The notes under the pieces are model-generated. The model ran no database searches. It saw nothing but the letters and a program-made list of their open reading frames with translations, and was not told the DNA's origin. Positions 1 to 13,580 of a stretch of DNA of 64,000 nt are shown here, one piece after another (position 1 is the stretch's first letter; every line of letters begins with the position of its first letter). Origin of the DNA: the human T2T-CHM13v2.0 reference genome, Homo sapiens. Location: assembly GCF_009914755.1 (NCBI RefSeq), contig NC_060925.1. The stretch is one strand, 5' to 3'. Made by a program: the position numbers and the translations under genes.

Positions 1-719
1 CAAAATACTTTAAAATATCCTGGGAAAGATCATGGACAAGAAAAAGGTTATTTCATCATATATGATGAAATAATTTAGACAATGTACTAATAGGAAATCA
101 TGAGAAGAAAAGCAATGAATCACAATCTTCATTATAAGGACTCTATACTCAGTTGAAATGTAAAAATATCTGCACAATTTCAGGAGGTGGGTAATAGAAA
201 AGGCACTAATAAAGAAAAAAGAATAAAAAATGAAGAATTTTAAAAGAAAAATTGACTTTATGATGTTTTAAAAAGATGTATGAATTCAGCATAAGTTTGG
301 TTGCTTGAGGGTAGGAAAATGCTTTTATAATAACAAAAATGTACTATAAAAGCTCTGACGTTGACTATGGTTTAAAATAGACAACCATCTGGGTAGGATG
401 GTATAGAAAGGGCTGTGTTTGAAGAAGTGGAAAATAAAAAAATATTCTCAAATCCATTTTAGTAATATGGTTCTTTATAAAAATCTTCTGCTACAATTAT
501 ATTTTTATCAAATTCTCATTGCATTTTCACTCATTTTTGCTTTGTATATTTAATGGCCAAGTGTTTTAGATACCATAGGTGAAGACCCTATCTACTAACA
601 CATTGTGTCTTTCATCCCTATATAATGCCTCCCACTGCCCGGTAAAGGTTTTTGTTTTGTTTTACTTTTAATCAGAGATTCCACTTTGTCATTGCCTAGG
701 TACTCTCTTCTAATCCTGT

Positions 720-1575
720 GATTTTAGTGATCATTCATATGTTGATGATTACCAAATTTACACATTAATCCTAATCCCTCTACTGAACTCCAGGATCCTA
801 TAGCTAAATGGCTATTTAACATCTCCCCTTGTATTTCTAAAAGTTATGTAGAATATAATGAACTCCTTATTTCCATTCCTTTCCAGATTCCTTTCCAGAT
901 TTTCTTATCCTTGTATGTATGTGGCACCATCATTCACAGTTTTCCAGATTACAAACCTCAAAGTTATTCTTTTTTTTGTCCTCACACCTTATATCTAGTT
1001 TGTAATCAAAAGTGTGTCACTTCTGTCTTTAAAGCAGATTGCAAATCCAATCACTGCCTACTTCCTTGCTACCATTCTAGGTCAAGATTTCATAACCTCT
1101 TTCCTGGAGTCCCACAGTAACCTCCCAGCCAGTATTTCTGCTACTGCTCTTGTCTCCCCACAGCCTGTTCTCCATATAGTATCCACAGCATTTTTATTAA
1201 AACGTCTATCTGAGTACGTTCTTCAAATAAGTAAATAAAGCTTCTGTCCCAGAGCTCTGCACTGACTCCTCCTCTGCCTAGCACACTTTAACTAGACATA
1301 TGCATGGTTTATTTGAATACTTCATTTATTTCCCTATTCAAATTCTACTTCTGTAGAGAGCAATTCCCTGAACACCCTACCTAAAAAAGGAGCCCATCTG
1401 CCTCCATCCTCGCCACAGATTTATTTTCTCATTTTTTTATTAGCTGACATTATATAATGTCAGCTAATGATTATTGTCATTATCCCTAAGTTAAAAAAGA
1501 TTTTGATCATTTTAATTACTGCTCCAGCTCTAGCAACCTAAAAGAAATTCAAAATTACGCTTACTGAATTAATAA
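720..1575 (+). mobile_element. L2 LINE 3' fragment (ancient)
   Basis: Degenerate L2-like motifs (gatgattaccaaatttac, ctactgaactccagg, gtaacctcccagcc, tgaattaataaat end). Boundaries approximate. Confidence 0.6.
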
Positions 1576-1619
1576 ATATTCGCATTGTTAGTGCTATATC
1601 CCTCTTAATCCCTCTTTCT

Positions 1620-1951
1620 TTTTTTTTTTTTTTTTTTTTTTTTTTTCCTTTTTCTTTTTTTTTGAGACTCCATCTCACTCTGTTGCCCAGGCTGGAGTAC
1701 AGACACAATCTCAGCTCACTGCAACCTGTGAATCCCAGGTTCAGGCAATTCTTATGCCCCAGCCTCCCGAGTAGCTGGAACTACAGACGTGCGCTACCAC
1801 ACCCAACACATTTTTTTTTTTTTTTTTTTTTTTGTATTTTAGTAGGATGGAGTTTTACCAAGTTACCCAGGCTGGTCTCAAATTCCTGAGTTCTGCTTGC
1901 CTTGACCTCCCAAAGTGCTAGGATTACAGGCATGAGCCACCGTGCCAGGCC
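1620..1951 (-). mobile_element. Alu (old, AluJ/S-like) with long poly(A) tail and expanded middle A-tract
   Basis: Both Alu arms on the minus strand. TSD cctctttctttt on both sides. Confidence 0.92.
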
Positions 1952-2899
1952 AGTCCTCTTTCTTTTCATTTGCACTTTTTTGTTATCCCTTTGTAAAGTT
2001 TCCTTACCACCTTAAATATACTAAAATATACTTCTTATAAGGAACATTAATATACTTCTTATAAGGAGCATTAATTTTTTTACTCAATAAGACACTCTCT
2101 TTTCTTCAATAGAAAAATTTAGTTCCTTCATGTTTAGGGGAATGAAGGAACTAATCTGTATTTGTTATTTAAATATCATTTGTGTTTACTGTTTTTTCTT
2201 TTACTTTGTTGTTACTCATTTTTCCCCTCTTTTGGGGAGACTGACCAAAGAGATATGGTCCTTTCTGTACCATACATTATAAATATTCCCAAATAAAATT
2301 TTGGAATGCTATTACACTTTTCCTAGCTTTCCTTCTCCCCTCTCCTAGGTTTGCTCAGATAATTTAGTTCTTTTTTTCAAGACAGTTATTAGAATCGGGT
2401 AATAGACAAGTATTCCCACACAGTATTTGTATTATCTGATAAAACAATATCCTCTTAAGTTTAAATTCACACAGACTTAAGAGATCCCTCTATAACTTCC
2501 CTTGCTTTCTATAAAGATGCTTGTATGACCTTGAGTTGTACAAGTGCACGACTAAAGTCATGCCTTCTATCTGCAAGGTTTTTAAAAGGCACGTAAAGCT
2601 TTTCATGTTTCCAGTAATATCACTAATCCCAGCTACTATCACATTACCACTTCATTGCTATAAGCTGCCTTTGAATGAATCCAAAGAAACTCTGAGAACT
2701 AATAACCCACCTTTATATGAAATATATTGATGATTATTGCCATATGCCTCTCATTTTCTTTAGTCACCATCAAAGTCTAAAATTACAGATTATAACCCAG
2801 ATCATTATCCCTATTCTATAGCTCACTAAGCTCCCTATTTCACTAACTCTCCTATATGGTCTCAGTCTCCATTCATGTAGATGACTCCCTCAACAACCT

Positions 2900-3963
2900 G
2901 TGTACAGGCAATCTTGTATATGCACTCAGCTCCATATCAGCTTTTTACGGCTCAGCTATGTTTTGGAAACTATGTCTGCAAACTGAAATTTCCTGTCTGT
3001 CTTGTCATTTGACTTCAGGTTAGATTCTGTCAGCACAGAGGCACTATTGGCAGACTGGAATACAGAAGGAAGAGTGTTAGTCTGGATTCTCCATAGAAAT
3101 AGAACCAATATGTTATATAAATAGATGTATTATAAGGAATTGACTCACTAAACTATGAAGGCTGATGGTGTGAGAGACCCAGGGAAAGCCAGTGTTGAAG
3201 TCTGAAGTCAGTTAGTGGAGGGTCTGGGGAGGGTGGGTTTTTAAAATTATATTTATACCTTCAACTGATGAGGTCCACCCACATTATGGAGGGCAGTCTG
3301 CCTTACTCTACTAATTAAAATGTTAGTCTCATCAAACTCACCCTAACAGAAACACTCAGAATGTTTCAACAACTATCTGGGAACCCTGTCGCCCAGTGAG
3401 GCTGACATAAAACTAATGATCACAGTAAATGAGAAGCTGTTTTTGCCTGTTATTTTTGTTTTGTTCTGTTTTTGGTTTATTTTTGTTTTTCAGTTTGTGT
3501 TATTGTTTTTGTTGTTTTATCTTTTTTTGGCCTTTTAAGTAACAGCACCAATAGCTGGTGTGTGTGGAAGCCTGGCTTTTGTGGAGTGTGTCAGCAGAAG
3601 GCACGCCAGAGACTGCAGTAGAACGATATTCTTAGGATCTGACTCCAATCACAGTAGTGGATTTTCCATAGCCTCAACACTACGGCACTTGAGGACTTTG
3701 GCTCAGGTGGTCGCAGCAACATTGAGGGATGCTTTTTGACTCCTTGGATCTCCAAAGTCAGTGATTGTGTGGCTTGTAAATTCTTGTAAGGCAGCGCCAT
3801 GATACTGACAACTTCATCATTTTACTTTAATTCCTCCAGTTCAGAAGTGGAAAATTCTCATATTCTTATTTTTGTTCCTTGAGTACTTCTATAATGTTGC
3901 CACCAGTTCCCCCTTCCAATAGACAGTAATTTTTGTTTTCTTGACTGGATACTGACTGAAACA
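2900..3963 (+). mobile_element. ERVL LTR (LTR33-like) interrupted by an MLT2 LTR
   Basis: ttcaggttagattctgtcagc..gaggcact..agactgga at the start and cttgactggatactgactgaaaca at the end resemble the recalled LTR33 consensus. Confidence 0.55.
3072..3424 (-). mobile_element. MLT2 (ERVL) LTR
   Basis: gttagtctggattctccatagaaatagaacca ... ccagtgaggctgacataaaactaatgatcaca match MLT2 termini. Confidence 0.75.
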
Positions 3964-4606
3964 GTCTGACTTCTCAGATTGTTGTTTTAATGTTTTCACA
4001 TTAATCTTTCCTTCCTCCACTTCTTGGTCACTCAACCTCTATAGTCATATCTTAGATCATGCCACATCCAATGGGGGGATAATTCACGTGTCACCACAAA
4101 TGTTACTCCTTAGAGCCTTCTTTCACCAAACTATCTGAAATTTACCTCCCTATCTTTCCCTATAGTTTTTATCGGTACTCAACATAGAAAAGATAAACAT
4201 TTATTATTCATCTCCCATCTGTGCCCACCCCCAAATGTAATATAAGCTATCTGAAAGCATTATCTTTCTCTACTTGCTCATTTCTCTATCTTTAGCCCCC
4301 TAGAAGTTCTGAAATGGATTTAGTTTCTCAATAAATATTGATTAAATGAATGCATTGCATAATTCACAGCCAATTGCATATTTTGTCATCTTTCCATTTT
4401 TTTTTATTATTCTTCCCTGTGTATTTTTCTCAGATGGAATGTGTACTCTTTTAATCCTTATATTTCCTGAAATAATTTTCTTACACCTAGAGAAGTGGGT
4501 ATAGGATTCTTGATTTCAGGCTTTTCTCTCTGATGTCTATACATATTTTTCAACCATCTTGGAATTTCCAGTATAGCAGATACAACGATTGTTGCAAATG
4601 CATTAA

Positions 4607-5085
4607 TTTTATTTTTTATATAATTTAAACTATTATTTTAGGTACTGAGGGTACATGTGCAGATTTATGACATAGATATAGTGCATGATGCTAAGGTTTG
4701 GGGTACAAATGATCCCATCATCCAGATAGTGAGCATAGTATCTAATAGGTAGTTTTTCAGCCCTTGCCCTCCTTCCCCTCTTTCTCCTCTAGCAGTCCCC
4801 AGTGCTTATTGTTGTCATCTTTATGTATCCAGTGTTTACCTCTCACTTACAAGTGAGAATATGCAGTATTTAGTTTTCTGTTCCTGCATTAATTCACTTA
4901 GGATGATGGCCTTCAGCTGCATCTGTGTTGCTGCAAAAGACATGACTGTGTAGTATTTCATGGTGTATCTGTACCATATTTTCTTTATCCAATCTACCAC
5001 AGATGGGCACCCATCTGTGCCCATTTTGTAGAATGATTTATTTTCTCTTGAGTATATACCCAGTAATGGAATTGCTGGGTTGAAT
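4607..5085 (-). mobile_element. L1 3' end (older primate L1PA/L1PB type)
   Basis: L1 3'UTR (gtacatgtgcagattt, cttacaagtgagaatatgcag) plus degenerate ORF2 C-terminus DWIKKIWY..MSFAATQMQLKAIILSEL. Confidence 0.88.
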
Positions 5086-5101
5086 TATTTTCCATGAAAA
5101 C

Positions 5102-5730
5102 TGTACTAGTTGTTGATTGCTGCAGGAAAAAAAAATTACCACAAACAGCATTTAAAAAATTTACCACAAATAGCATTTAAATAACACAAATTCATTTTCT
5201 CACAATTCTAGAGTCCAGAAGTCTAGGTAGGCTCAGCCGGTTTCTTCTCTATGAGTTTCCCAAGGCAGAAATCAAGGTGTTGACCACCCCAGGCTCACTA
5301 CTAGAAGCTCTAGGGGAGAATCTGCTTCCAAGTCCACTCATGTTGTATGCAGTTCAGTTCCATGTGATTGTTGGACTAAAGTACTGTTTCCTCCCTGGCT
5401 CTTGACCAGGAGTCAATTTCACCTTCTAGTGGACTCTTGCATTCCCTGGCATGTGGTCTTCTTCAGCTTCAAAGCTGGAAATGGCTGGTCCTTCCCATAC
5501 TTCATCTCTCTTTCCCTTCTGTCTCATCTCTCCTTATAGTGCATTTATTTGACGCCAGCCCCACAGTTTTCTTCTTGTAAGAGCTCATATGATTTCAGAC
5601 TAGGTCACCTGGATAACCCAGGATAATCTCCCCTAATTACATCTTTGAAGTCCCTTTTACCATCTAATGTAACATATTCACAAGTTACAGAGATTAGAAC
5701 ATGGACATCTTTGAAGGCCAAGCTGCCTAC
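5102..5730 (-). mobile_element. MaLR MLT1 LTR
   Basis: ttctcacaattctagagtccagaagtcta, ggggagaatctgcttccaag, cccaggataatctccc, gattagaacatggacatctttg. Confidence 0.8.
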
Positions 5731-8700
5731 CTTTTGTAAATAGGCAGTACATAATTTATAAGTCAATTGGTCATTAATCTTTTGTTTTCCTACCGGAAGC
5801 TTGAACAAGTTTTTCTTTGTCTTTGGAGTGAAGTAATTTTAGCACTATATGCTGAGATGGTGGTTTTTTTCTAATATTTTAATCTCTAGACTCACATCTT
5901 TCCTCAAAACAGCATACCTTCTTTTCCTATTATTTGTTTATTATCTTTCTTCTATCTTTTGTTTTTCTCTCTTATGAACATCTATAGTATTGATTAGTTA
6001 TTCCACATATATCTTCAAAGTCCATTCCATAGTGTGTTCTATTTCCATGAGCAAGTCTATTTAATTAGAGACCTATCTAGATTATTATTTGTTTTTCCCT
6101 TCTTTTATTATTGGCCCTCTTAGATGATTATTTTCTTTTATCTGCTTGTTGAGCAAGTGGTGGCAATTCTCAGGAAAGCAGAGGCGTCTTTGCTCCTGGG
6201 GGCCAGCAGTACACTGGCTGTGAAAACCTGGCTGAGGCACCAGCAAGAAACCTTTCTGACCCTGTTCTCAAATTTCCCACTTTCAGTAGATGGAGAGGCC
6301 TCAGCCAAGCTCTTTAGTTCATCCTTAACTCTTTGGAGCCCAGGCAGATTGGTAAAATTCACTCCAGCCGATGTCCACCTACACTGGATCTCCAAGTTTA
6401 AACAATTATCTGGTTCCGATTCATTCAGTCCTCACTCTAGTAACTTTATTCTAGTCTCAGGCTCTCCAGTTTCCCCAATGGCAAAAAATATCCCAACTGC
6501 TTCCTTCTTGGCACTTTTCTTGCCTGCCTCAGGAGGCATGAACAGGTAGAAGCTGATATTGGAAGTGGAGGAGGAAAAGGATGTCTTAAGCAGACTTCCT
6601 CCGGGAGTCTTTCTTGCACTTTGCCAAGTTTTCATGTTTTTTTCTACTACACTTTAAGTAGGGCACTCCTTTTTTTTTAAGTATGTTTAAAGATCCATTT
6701 TGTCTCCATTATTGATTTACTGACAAAATCCTTTTGTTTTATTTTGTTTTATTGCATTTGTAATGATTGCTTCCAGAATTTAACGTTATGTATAGTATAA
6801 AAATTAAAACAATACAATTCTATTTGCTCCATTCTGTCCTTTGTGCTACCATTATATTTTACTTCTATATATGTCTTATTTCTTTGATTAACAAAATGTA
6901 CCTTTCTTGACTGCTTCCAGATTTTGTCTTCTCATTTTTAGGTGTCAAAGTGCCCTTAACAATTCCTAAGTTTTAAGATCTTATTTATGCCCCATTGGGT
7001 CTTCTGGTTATTTGTTAATAGGGGAGTAAAGTAATAGATGCAATTAAATTGTGCATTATCTGAAGTCCATTTTGACTTTGTTCATACCACTAGTGTTATA
7101 CATGATTTTCCCAAAACATCATAAGATTCTTAAGATCAGGTACTAACCAAGTTCATCTCTGTAAGCATAATTATAATCTGATCTATACCAAGCATTTAAT
7201 AGACATCAATAAATGACACAGGCATATCAGAAATATATTCTAGAAAAGTTACCTAAAAGCCCTGGAGACAGTAGGCATGATATAGTTAAACCAAAGAATA
7301 CATATTAGTGTATGAATGTGGATGTTAATGCATAAAGGTACAACGGTTGGTCTTAATACAAGTTTCCTGAGAGGAATTCTTTGTATTTTCCAGTCAAAAC
7401 AATTTAATTCTCAACTGAGATCCCAATCAAAAAGTGAGCTATTTTCCAAACAAAATAATTTTTTACACCCAAACTTTGTATTCCATATTTATTCAACACA
7501 CATTATTATGTACTTTCTCAAGGCTGTCTGAAGATAAAACTGATTTAAAAGGAGTAGACAATTTAGAAAATAACAGTGGAGTCCATTTTCAGGCAAGCAT
7601 AGCCCTCTTACCCACAAAAAAACACTGTTCTCACACTAAAAATTAAATAATAATAATAATAATTTATTGGTTCATATAATGAATTGTGTTCTCTAGTACT
7701 TACTTTTTATATATTAACTCAGTCTTTTCACAACAATTCTATACAATATTATTATCTACATATTATGGATAGTAAACTGAACTTAGAGCAGTTAAATGAC
7801 ATGAAGTTATACTTACTGAATTGATTAATGAAAAAGGCATAATATGAGCCCTGGACTGCGTGGTTCCAGAGTTTTGTTATGCTTACCATTATTCCAAATG
7901 GCAAGCACATCTTAAAGCTTACCAAAAAAAAAAAAAGCAACTCCCTGAAGTCACTCTGGTGTGACAACAACTATCATTAAGAGAGTAATTAAGGAAGTTA
8001 ATAAGAGGTGAAAGAAAATAAGGTAAATGTATTAAGAACAACCTAGATAGCACGCACTTGGTAAATGGAAAGGGTTCAGCACAAACTAAAATAGAATGGA
8101 GGCCATTTATTGTTGATCGTTAAGCTATCTATTTTTAGTCAAGGCTTCTTACCTATCTTCCATAAGAAGGAGTCAACAGTTAACTTAGTGAACAGCCTGC
8201 CCTGACCTAGAAGAGATTGCACTCAATTGCTGCTTGAGAGTACAGGTGAGAGAGCCCCCACCAGTTAAGTCATGGCCTCAAAATGCACCATTCACAACAA
8301 TGATAGATTTGAGCTCTTTGCAGTGATAAAAACCAGAATTAGAAGATAAGGCTCTGGGAAGAGGAACGTTTGAGTTATTAAAGGCAAAGCTCCCAGTGCA
8401 GATAACGCACGAGACTAAAAACATCCAGAATGAGACATACAATTTTACATTTCATCTCAGCCCCAACCTGCAACTGGGTCAAACCTACCTGCTACAATGT
8501 CATATATAATTTTGTTAATATATACAAAATAAATATATAGGTGTATAATATTCTCATTCCTGAATGGGTGACTGCTTAATTAAAAAGCAATATTAAAAAA
8601 CAAAATAATATAAAACAAAAATTATATTACGTAAGAATATATTTCAAATATAAAAGAATTTAAATAAATTATGTTTTGTAAGACTTCAATATTAATTATT

Positions 8701-9944
8701 TCTTTTATAAAAATGCATTTTATTTTAGAAAATATTTCAAGATAATCTCATGAAGAATGTTGGATTTGAGTTAAGAATATACTGTGGAGTTTGCTTCTTT
8801 ACAAAACATTCTTAAGTGTTATCTTTGACACAAACCCATACAAAATAATTTTGTTGTTACGTAATTCTAAAACAAAATTTAATTAGGAAGTTGAATACAA
8901 ACTCTTATGTTACCCTCTCAAAATACCTAAAAGTCATAATTAATCTACTTACTTAAAGAGGTCCTGTATATCATTACAAAGGCACATTAACTGCAAATTA
9001 TTTATTCTGTGCTTCTTAAAATGCGCTTCTTTTAAAATGTTAACTATACATTTGGCAGTACAAATTTTTCAAGCTTTGGCACGTTTTATAAGGAAAACAT
9101 TAATTTGAATGAAAGGAAATATTGAGACTGCAAACTTTTCTACCACCTGGTAAATGTCAATTTGTACAACAAAATATTATCAGAGAAAAAAAGTCACATG
9201 GCAGGAATAAATAATGCTTAATATCCCATATACTCCCTATGAATCTCATTGCTGTGCACAGTTACTGGAAAAACTTAATTAGCAATGGCATTCTGTGCTG
9301 AAATCATCTAACACTTTCATCCATTCCTGTAATTCAAACATTAGCATTCAAATCAGCCCTCAACTTGCACTTTGGTATTTATTCAGTGAATACCAATTAA
9401 ATTGTCCCAAATAATCATTTTCATTTCCCGTAGATTGTATACCTAATATCTAAGAGTCCCATGAAACATACGATCATTTGAGATGTTGGGATTCTACATT
9501 TTCTAGGGGATTTTTTTTTTGAGGTAATGATAAAACCAGTCTTTCTATTGTCAAAAGAAATGTCTCACTCTCTTGAGCACTGTCTTTGTGTCTATGCAAA
9601 AAACATTAGTAAATCATGTCATTAGCCATAAATTTGGGGTCAATATACTTTGCCATTTAATAATTTATAAAAGGTGACCATGCCCTATCCTGTGCCCTAA
9701 TGTACAAACATGGATTTTCTTTATTTCAAAATAATGGAAAATTAACAGATTTTCAGGAGAGGATCAGGATTCAGGTCAGACAAAAGTAAAATAGAAATTT
9801 CAAGAAAAAAAATCAAAGAAAGAAATAGAAAAAAAAAGTTAAACATCCTAAACAATAATGGGAAGAGAAAAACATGATGGCACTTATGATAATGCTCTGA
9901 GTATTTAACCAGTTTGTTTGTATGCTCCATGCAGTTGCTAGTTC

Positions 9945-10431
9945 TGTAACCATGGCACTAGCTCAAACTGGGCCTGCTCTGTTGATAAAATGTCAAGTTA
10001 TCATTTAGGTATAACAGAGCCAAAAACTGTAAGTCATAGCCAGGGCATGTGCCCTAGAAAAAGCTTTGACCTCTAACAACATCCTGAACCAAAAGACTGG
10101 GACAAAATTAGAATCTGAATGCTGAAAACTTTCAGAAGTGAGGGATTCCTTCACTTGGAAGATGCACGGCTAAACTTTGCCTCAACGTAGCTTACTGTAA
10201 ATGACCACATTTGAAGTCCTCTAATCAAACTCTGTCAAGTAAACATTCCTAAATCCTTTATCTTGCCCTCTAACCCCTTAAAACTTGCTTCAGGTCCCAA
10301 ATCAGGGAAACTGATTTGAACCTCTCTCTTTGATGGCCAATTTTTCAATAAAGCCTTCTTTTCTCAAAAGCCAGTGCCATAGTTATTGTCTTCTCTGTGC
10401 ATCGGGCAGCAAGCCCATTTTCTTTCTAACA
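9945..10431 (+). mobile_element. Solo LTR, ERV1 class (487 bp)
   Basis: TG...CA termini (tgtaac...taaca), near-perfect 4-bp TSD gttc/gttt, TATA-like cttaaaa near 10278, AATAAA at 10348. Confidence 0.7.
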
Positions 10432-11964
10432 GTTTCAGTAATTTTATTACATTGTTCTGCTCTCACAAATTCTAAAAAAAAGCAAAAAAGGGAAAATGTT
10501 CAAGGCATAAATTTGGGGGTTATATGGAGACAAAATTGGCCAAAATTTGGTTTATCATTTCTATAAGGTATGTGCGTGTAATTTACAAAAATTATATCCA
10601 AGGGTATTTTTTTAAATTAAAAAGTTGCAAAAGTTTTACTACTCAGTCATATCTTTTTGCCAGAAGCCATTTTCACAGATTTACACTCTGGCTTATAACT
10701 GTAAAAGTCCTTCTTATGACCTCACACAAAACTTAACTGAAAATAAGAGTTTTAAAATAGTGTTCTTAAAATACATGGTTTGAAATGCTTAACTTATAAT
10801 ATATTTAAGTATCTCCACTTGATAAGGGTATTGTTATTCCAGAATGCTATTTTCTATCAATTGCAAATATTAGTTAAACATCTAGTATTATCCAACTACC
10901 ATAAGAGATGCTGGGCATAAAATGGTAAGAAAGGCAAATTGAGTCTTTGCGCTCATGAATTATAAAAGTCTAGAAGAAACACTGATAATTAAAGAATCAT
11001 TATATATTTCACAGGTTTTAGAATGTTGAAGAAGCATAAACCTTGACCATATTCCATAATTTAGACAGACTACAAGAAAGTGTCATAGAGAAGCTACAAT
11101 CAAAAAGTTGAGACTTGAATGATGAGTAGGAGAAAGTGGGGAAGTAGAACTTAATATGAGACTCATTTGAATAAGGATCAAATTAATTATGCAGATTATA
11201 TTGAATATTACATATAATTATATTTTGCATTTTGTATTAAATTTTATTTCCTCCTTTTACATTTCTCACTTTTTGTGACTTCGTCTTATTTTGTTTTCAA
11301 AAATTATACATAGCCATTATGAAAATTTAAACCATAGCAGGAAGAATAAGGAAGAAAGTTGTTAGTCAATTGCCAGATCTTCAGACAAAAGCACTTTCAG
11401 TAATTCATTTACAATGTAAGAAAAACTAATGTGAAAAAAAACAAAAAACTAGGAACCAAATATGACAGTGGCAATTAACACCATTAGACCATGTTGTAAT
11501 TCTTCATCCAAACTACAGTACTTATCTTCTCACTGTCCACTTCCCAAGTAGCTATTTGCCGTTAGACTTTAACCAGTAAATAGAGTTCAAGAACTTAAGC
11601 ATCCAGTGTTTAAATAGGTTTTAATCGATGCATAGGAACATTCCAAGTACTTTTGAATTAAGCATGTTAATCATGTTTAACATGATCATATTTTTAAACA
11701 ATAAATGAGTTTATTTTGTCTTGAAATAAGACTGAGAAGGTGAATTGATTCAATTATTATTATGACATTGAACTAAAACAGGAAATTATAACATTGAACT
11801 AAAACAGGAAATCAGTTAACATAATATAGTTTCTTATGTTAGAAACCCATGAAATAATATGAAAATATATAAACACATGTAAATTTAAAAATATTAAAGT
11901 TTGAAGTAAAGTAGTTGCAAAATAAATCTATCTGTAAAATTAGAAACACCAAATTCATTATAAA

Positions 11965-12225
11965 TGATAGTGCTTATTATTGGTTAGAATATGTTGATAA
12001 TTAAGCTAAAGTCATGCATTTAATTCCCGGATGCTCCAGTTTACTCTGCTTTGTTTTAGAGACGCAGAATGAATCACAATTCCCAGCTGTCTTGGAAGTG
12101 TGTATTATTGATGAAGAGGGGTACACTGCCAATATGTGGACAGATTAGTCCAATTCCATTACAATGACCGAAAAAACAATTCTGAGCACATTTCCCATAG
12201 AGAGTGGGTCAGCACAGCAGCTTAA
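11965..12225 (+). mobile_element. MamSINE1-like ancient tRNA-derived SINE
   Basis: ttggttagaatatgttgataattaagctaaagtcatgcatttaattcccgg (decayed tRNA A/B boxes) ... gaaaaaacaattctgagcacatttcccatagagagtgggtcagca matches the recalled MamSINE1 body. Confidence 0.6.
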
Positions 12226-13289
12226 TTTTTATTTCAGTTTGGCACTAAACATGTGTCTCTTGCAGACAGATGCATATTGATAGTTCTTTGTAATGGTGAA
12301 GGGAAAATCTTTTTAAAAAACCATGTAACAGCTTTCTAAAACAGGTAATTTTAAGACTGTAAGATTCCTGAACAATATAGCCAATTTATCCAAATCTTTC
12401 AGGCTCAAATTACAATGTACATATTACAAGTTCTGATTTAGTAATGTTAATTTCTGACATGTCCTATGGTTCAATATTCAGAAAGTGGTAAAATAAATGA
12501 TGGAATCTATTCATATGAGAAATATTTCTCAATAGTCCAAAAAATAGTTCACTTTTATCTTTACAGAACAGTTACTTCCCTCTCTGTGGCCTAAAATTAT
12601 TCCCCTATTTACCATGCCCCTGGTTTTTATCTGTCATGTTACACTAAGATCAAATTTTAAAAGTACTCTGAATGAAGTAAAACTGGAGCCATGGGCATGT
12701 CGCAATGCTGTGTGTCATTGAAAGCATTAAATGTACCAAGAGAGCGATGCTACCATTATCTTTAACTTGGTGGAGATAATGAGAGACTCAAGTATTAGAA
12801 ATAGGTATGAAATACTGAAAACTTGAATACAGTGGTGAAAGATGTTTTCTTATATTTTCTGTTAATATATTTTAGGCACAGTGGTTCCCTCTTATAGTTT
12901 TATTAAAAGGATACTATGTTTAGATATTTTTAAGTAATTTAGTTTTTGTGGACTCACATGAGAATTTAATCATCTTTTATAAAGAAGGCATTTGAAATGG
13001 AAAAAAAAAACTAAAACTTTTGAGGTGTTAACATTATTTGCCATGCTATTTGCTTAACACTTTATATCTAATTTAATCCTCACTTCAAAATAACCTTATA
13101 GAGTGATTAATATCCTCATTTAATGATGTGTAAAAAAGTTGTTCAAGGGCTCTAAACTAGGATAACCCTAGGTTTTAAACAACTAATGTACATGTGGACT
13201 TTTATCACTTAGTACCAAGAGACTTCTTTTTATTCCAGTCTCCAGTTGTTTTTTCTTTTTTGTGTGATAGTATGATATTCAGCTGGATA

Positions 13290-13580
13290 TACTACTACCC
13301 AGCTAGACAATGTTTTTGCAGGCCCCCTTTCAGCCATGTGTGGATATATAACCAAATTCTAGCCTAAAGTACAACTTGTGTCTTATTTTTCTAACTACAG
13401 GCTGGACTTAGGACGTACTTGCAAGAACAGGGCAGCCATCTTGAACCATAGACAGAAACCATGTTTTGAAAAATGGAAGGAACAAGATATAAGGAAAATT
13501 ATTCCCCAGCAGTATCAAGCTGGGGAAACAGTCTTAGACAGACTACCTAGACATTTCTATTTGTTTAAGTTGCTGTATTT
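13290..13580 (+). mobile_element. Old MaLR (MLT1J/K-like) LTR fragment
   Basis: ggcagccatcttgaaccat, gactacctagacatttctatttgtttaagttgctgtattt. Confidence 0.45.

Noticed and set aside
11965-12040. tRNA-like sequence
   Set aside because: Heavily decayed head of an ancient SINE; it cannot form a cloverleaf.
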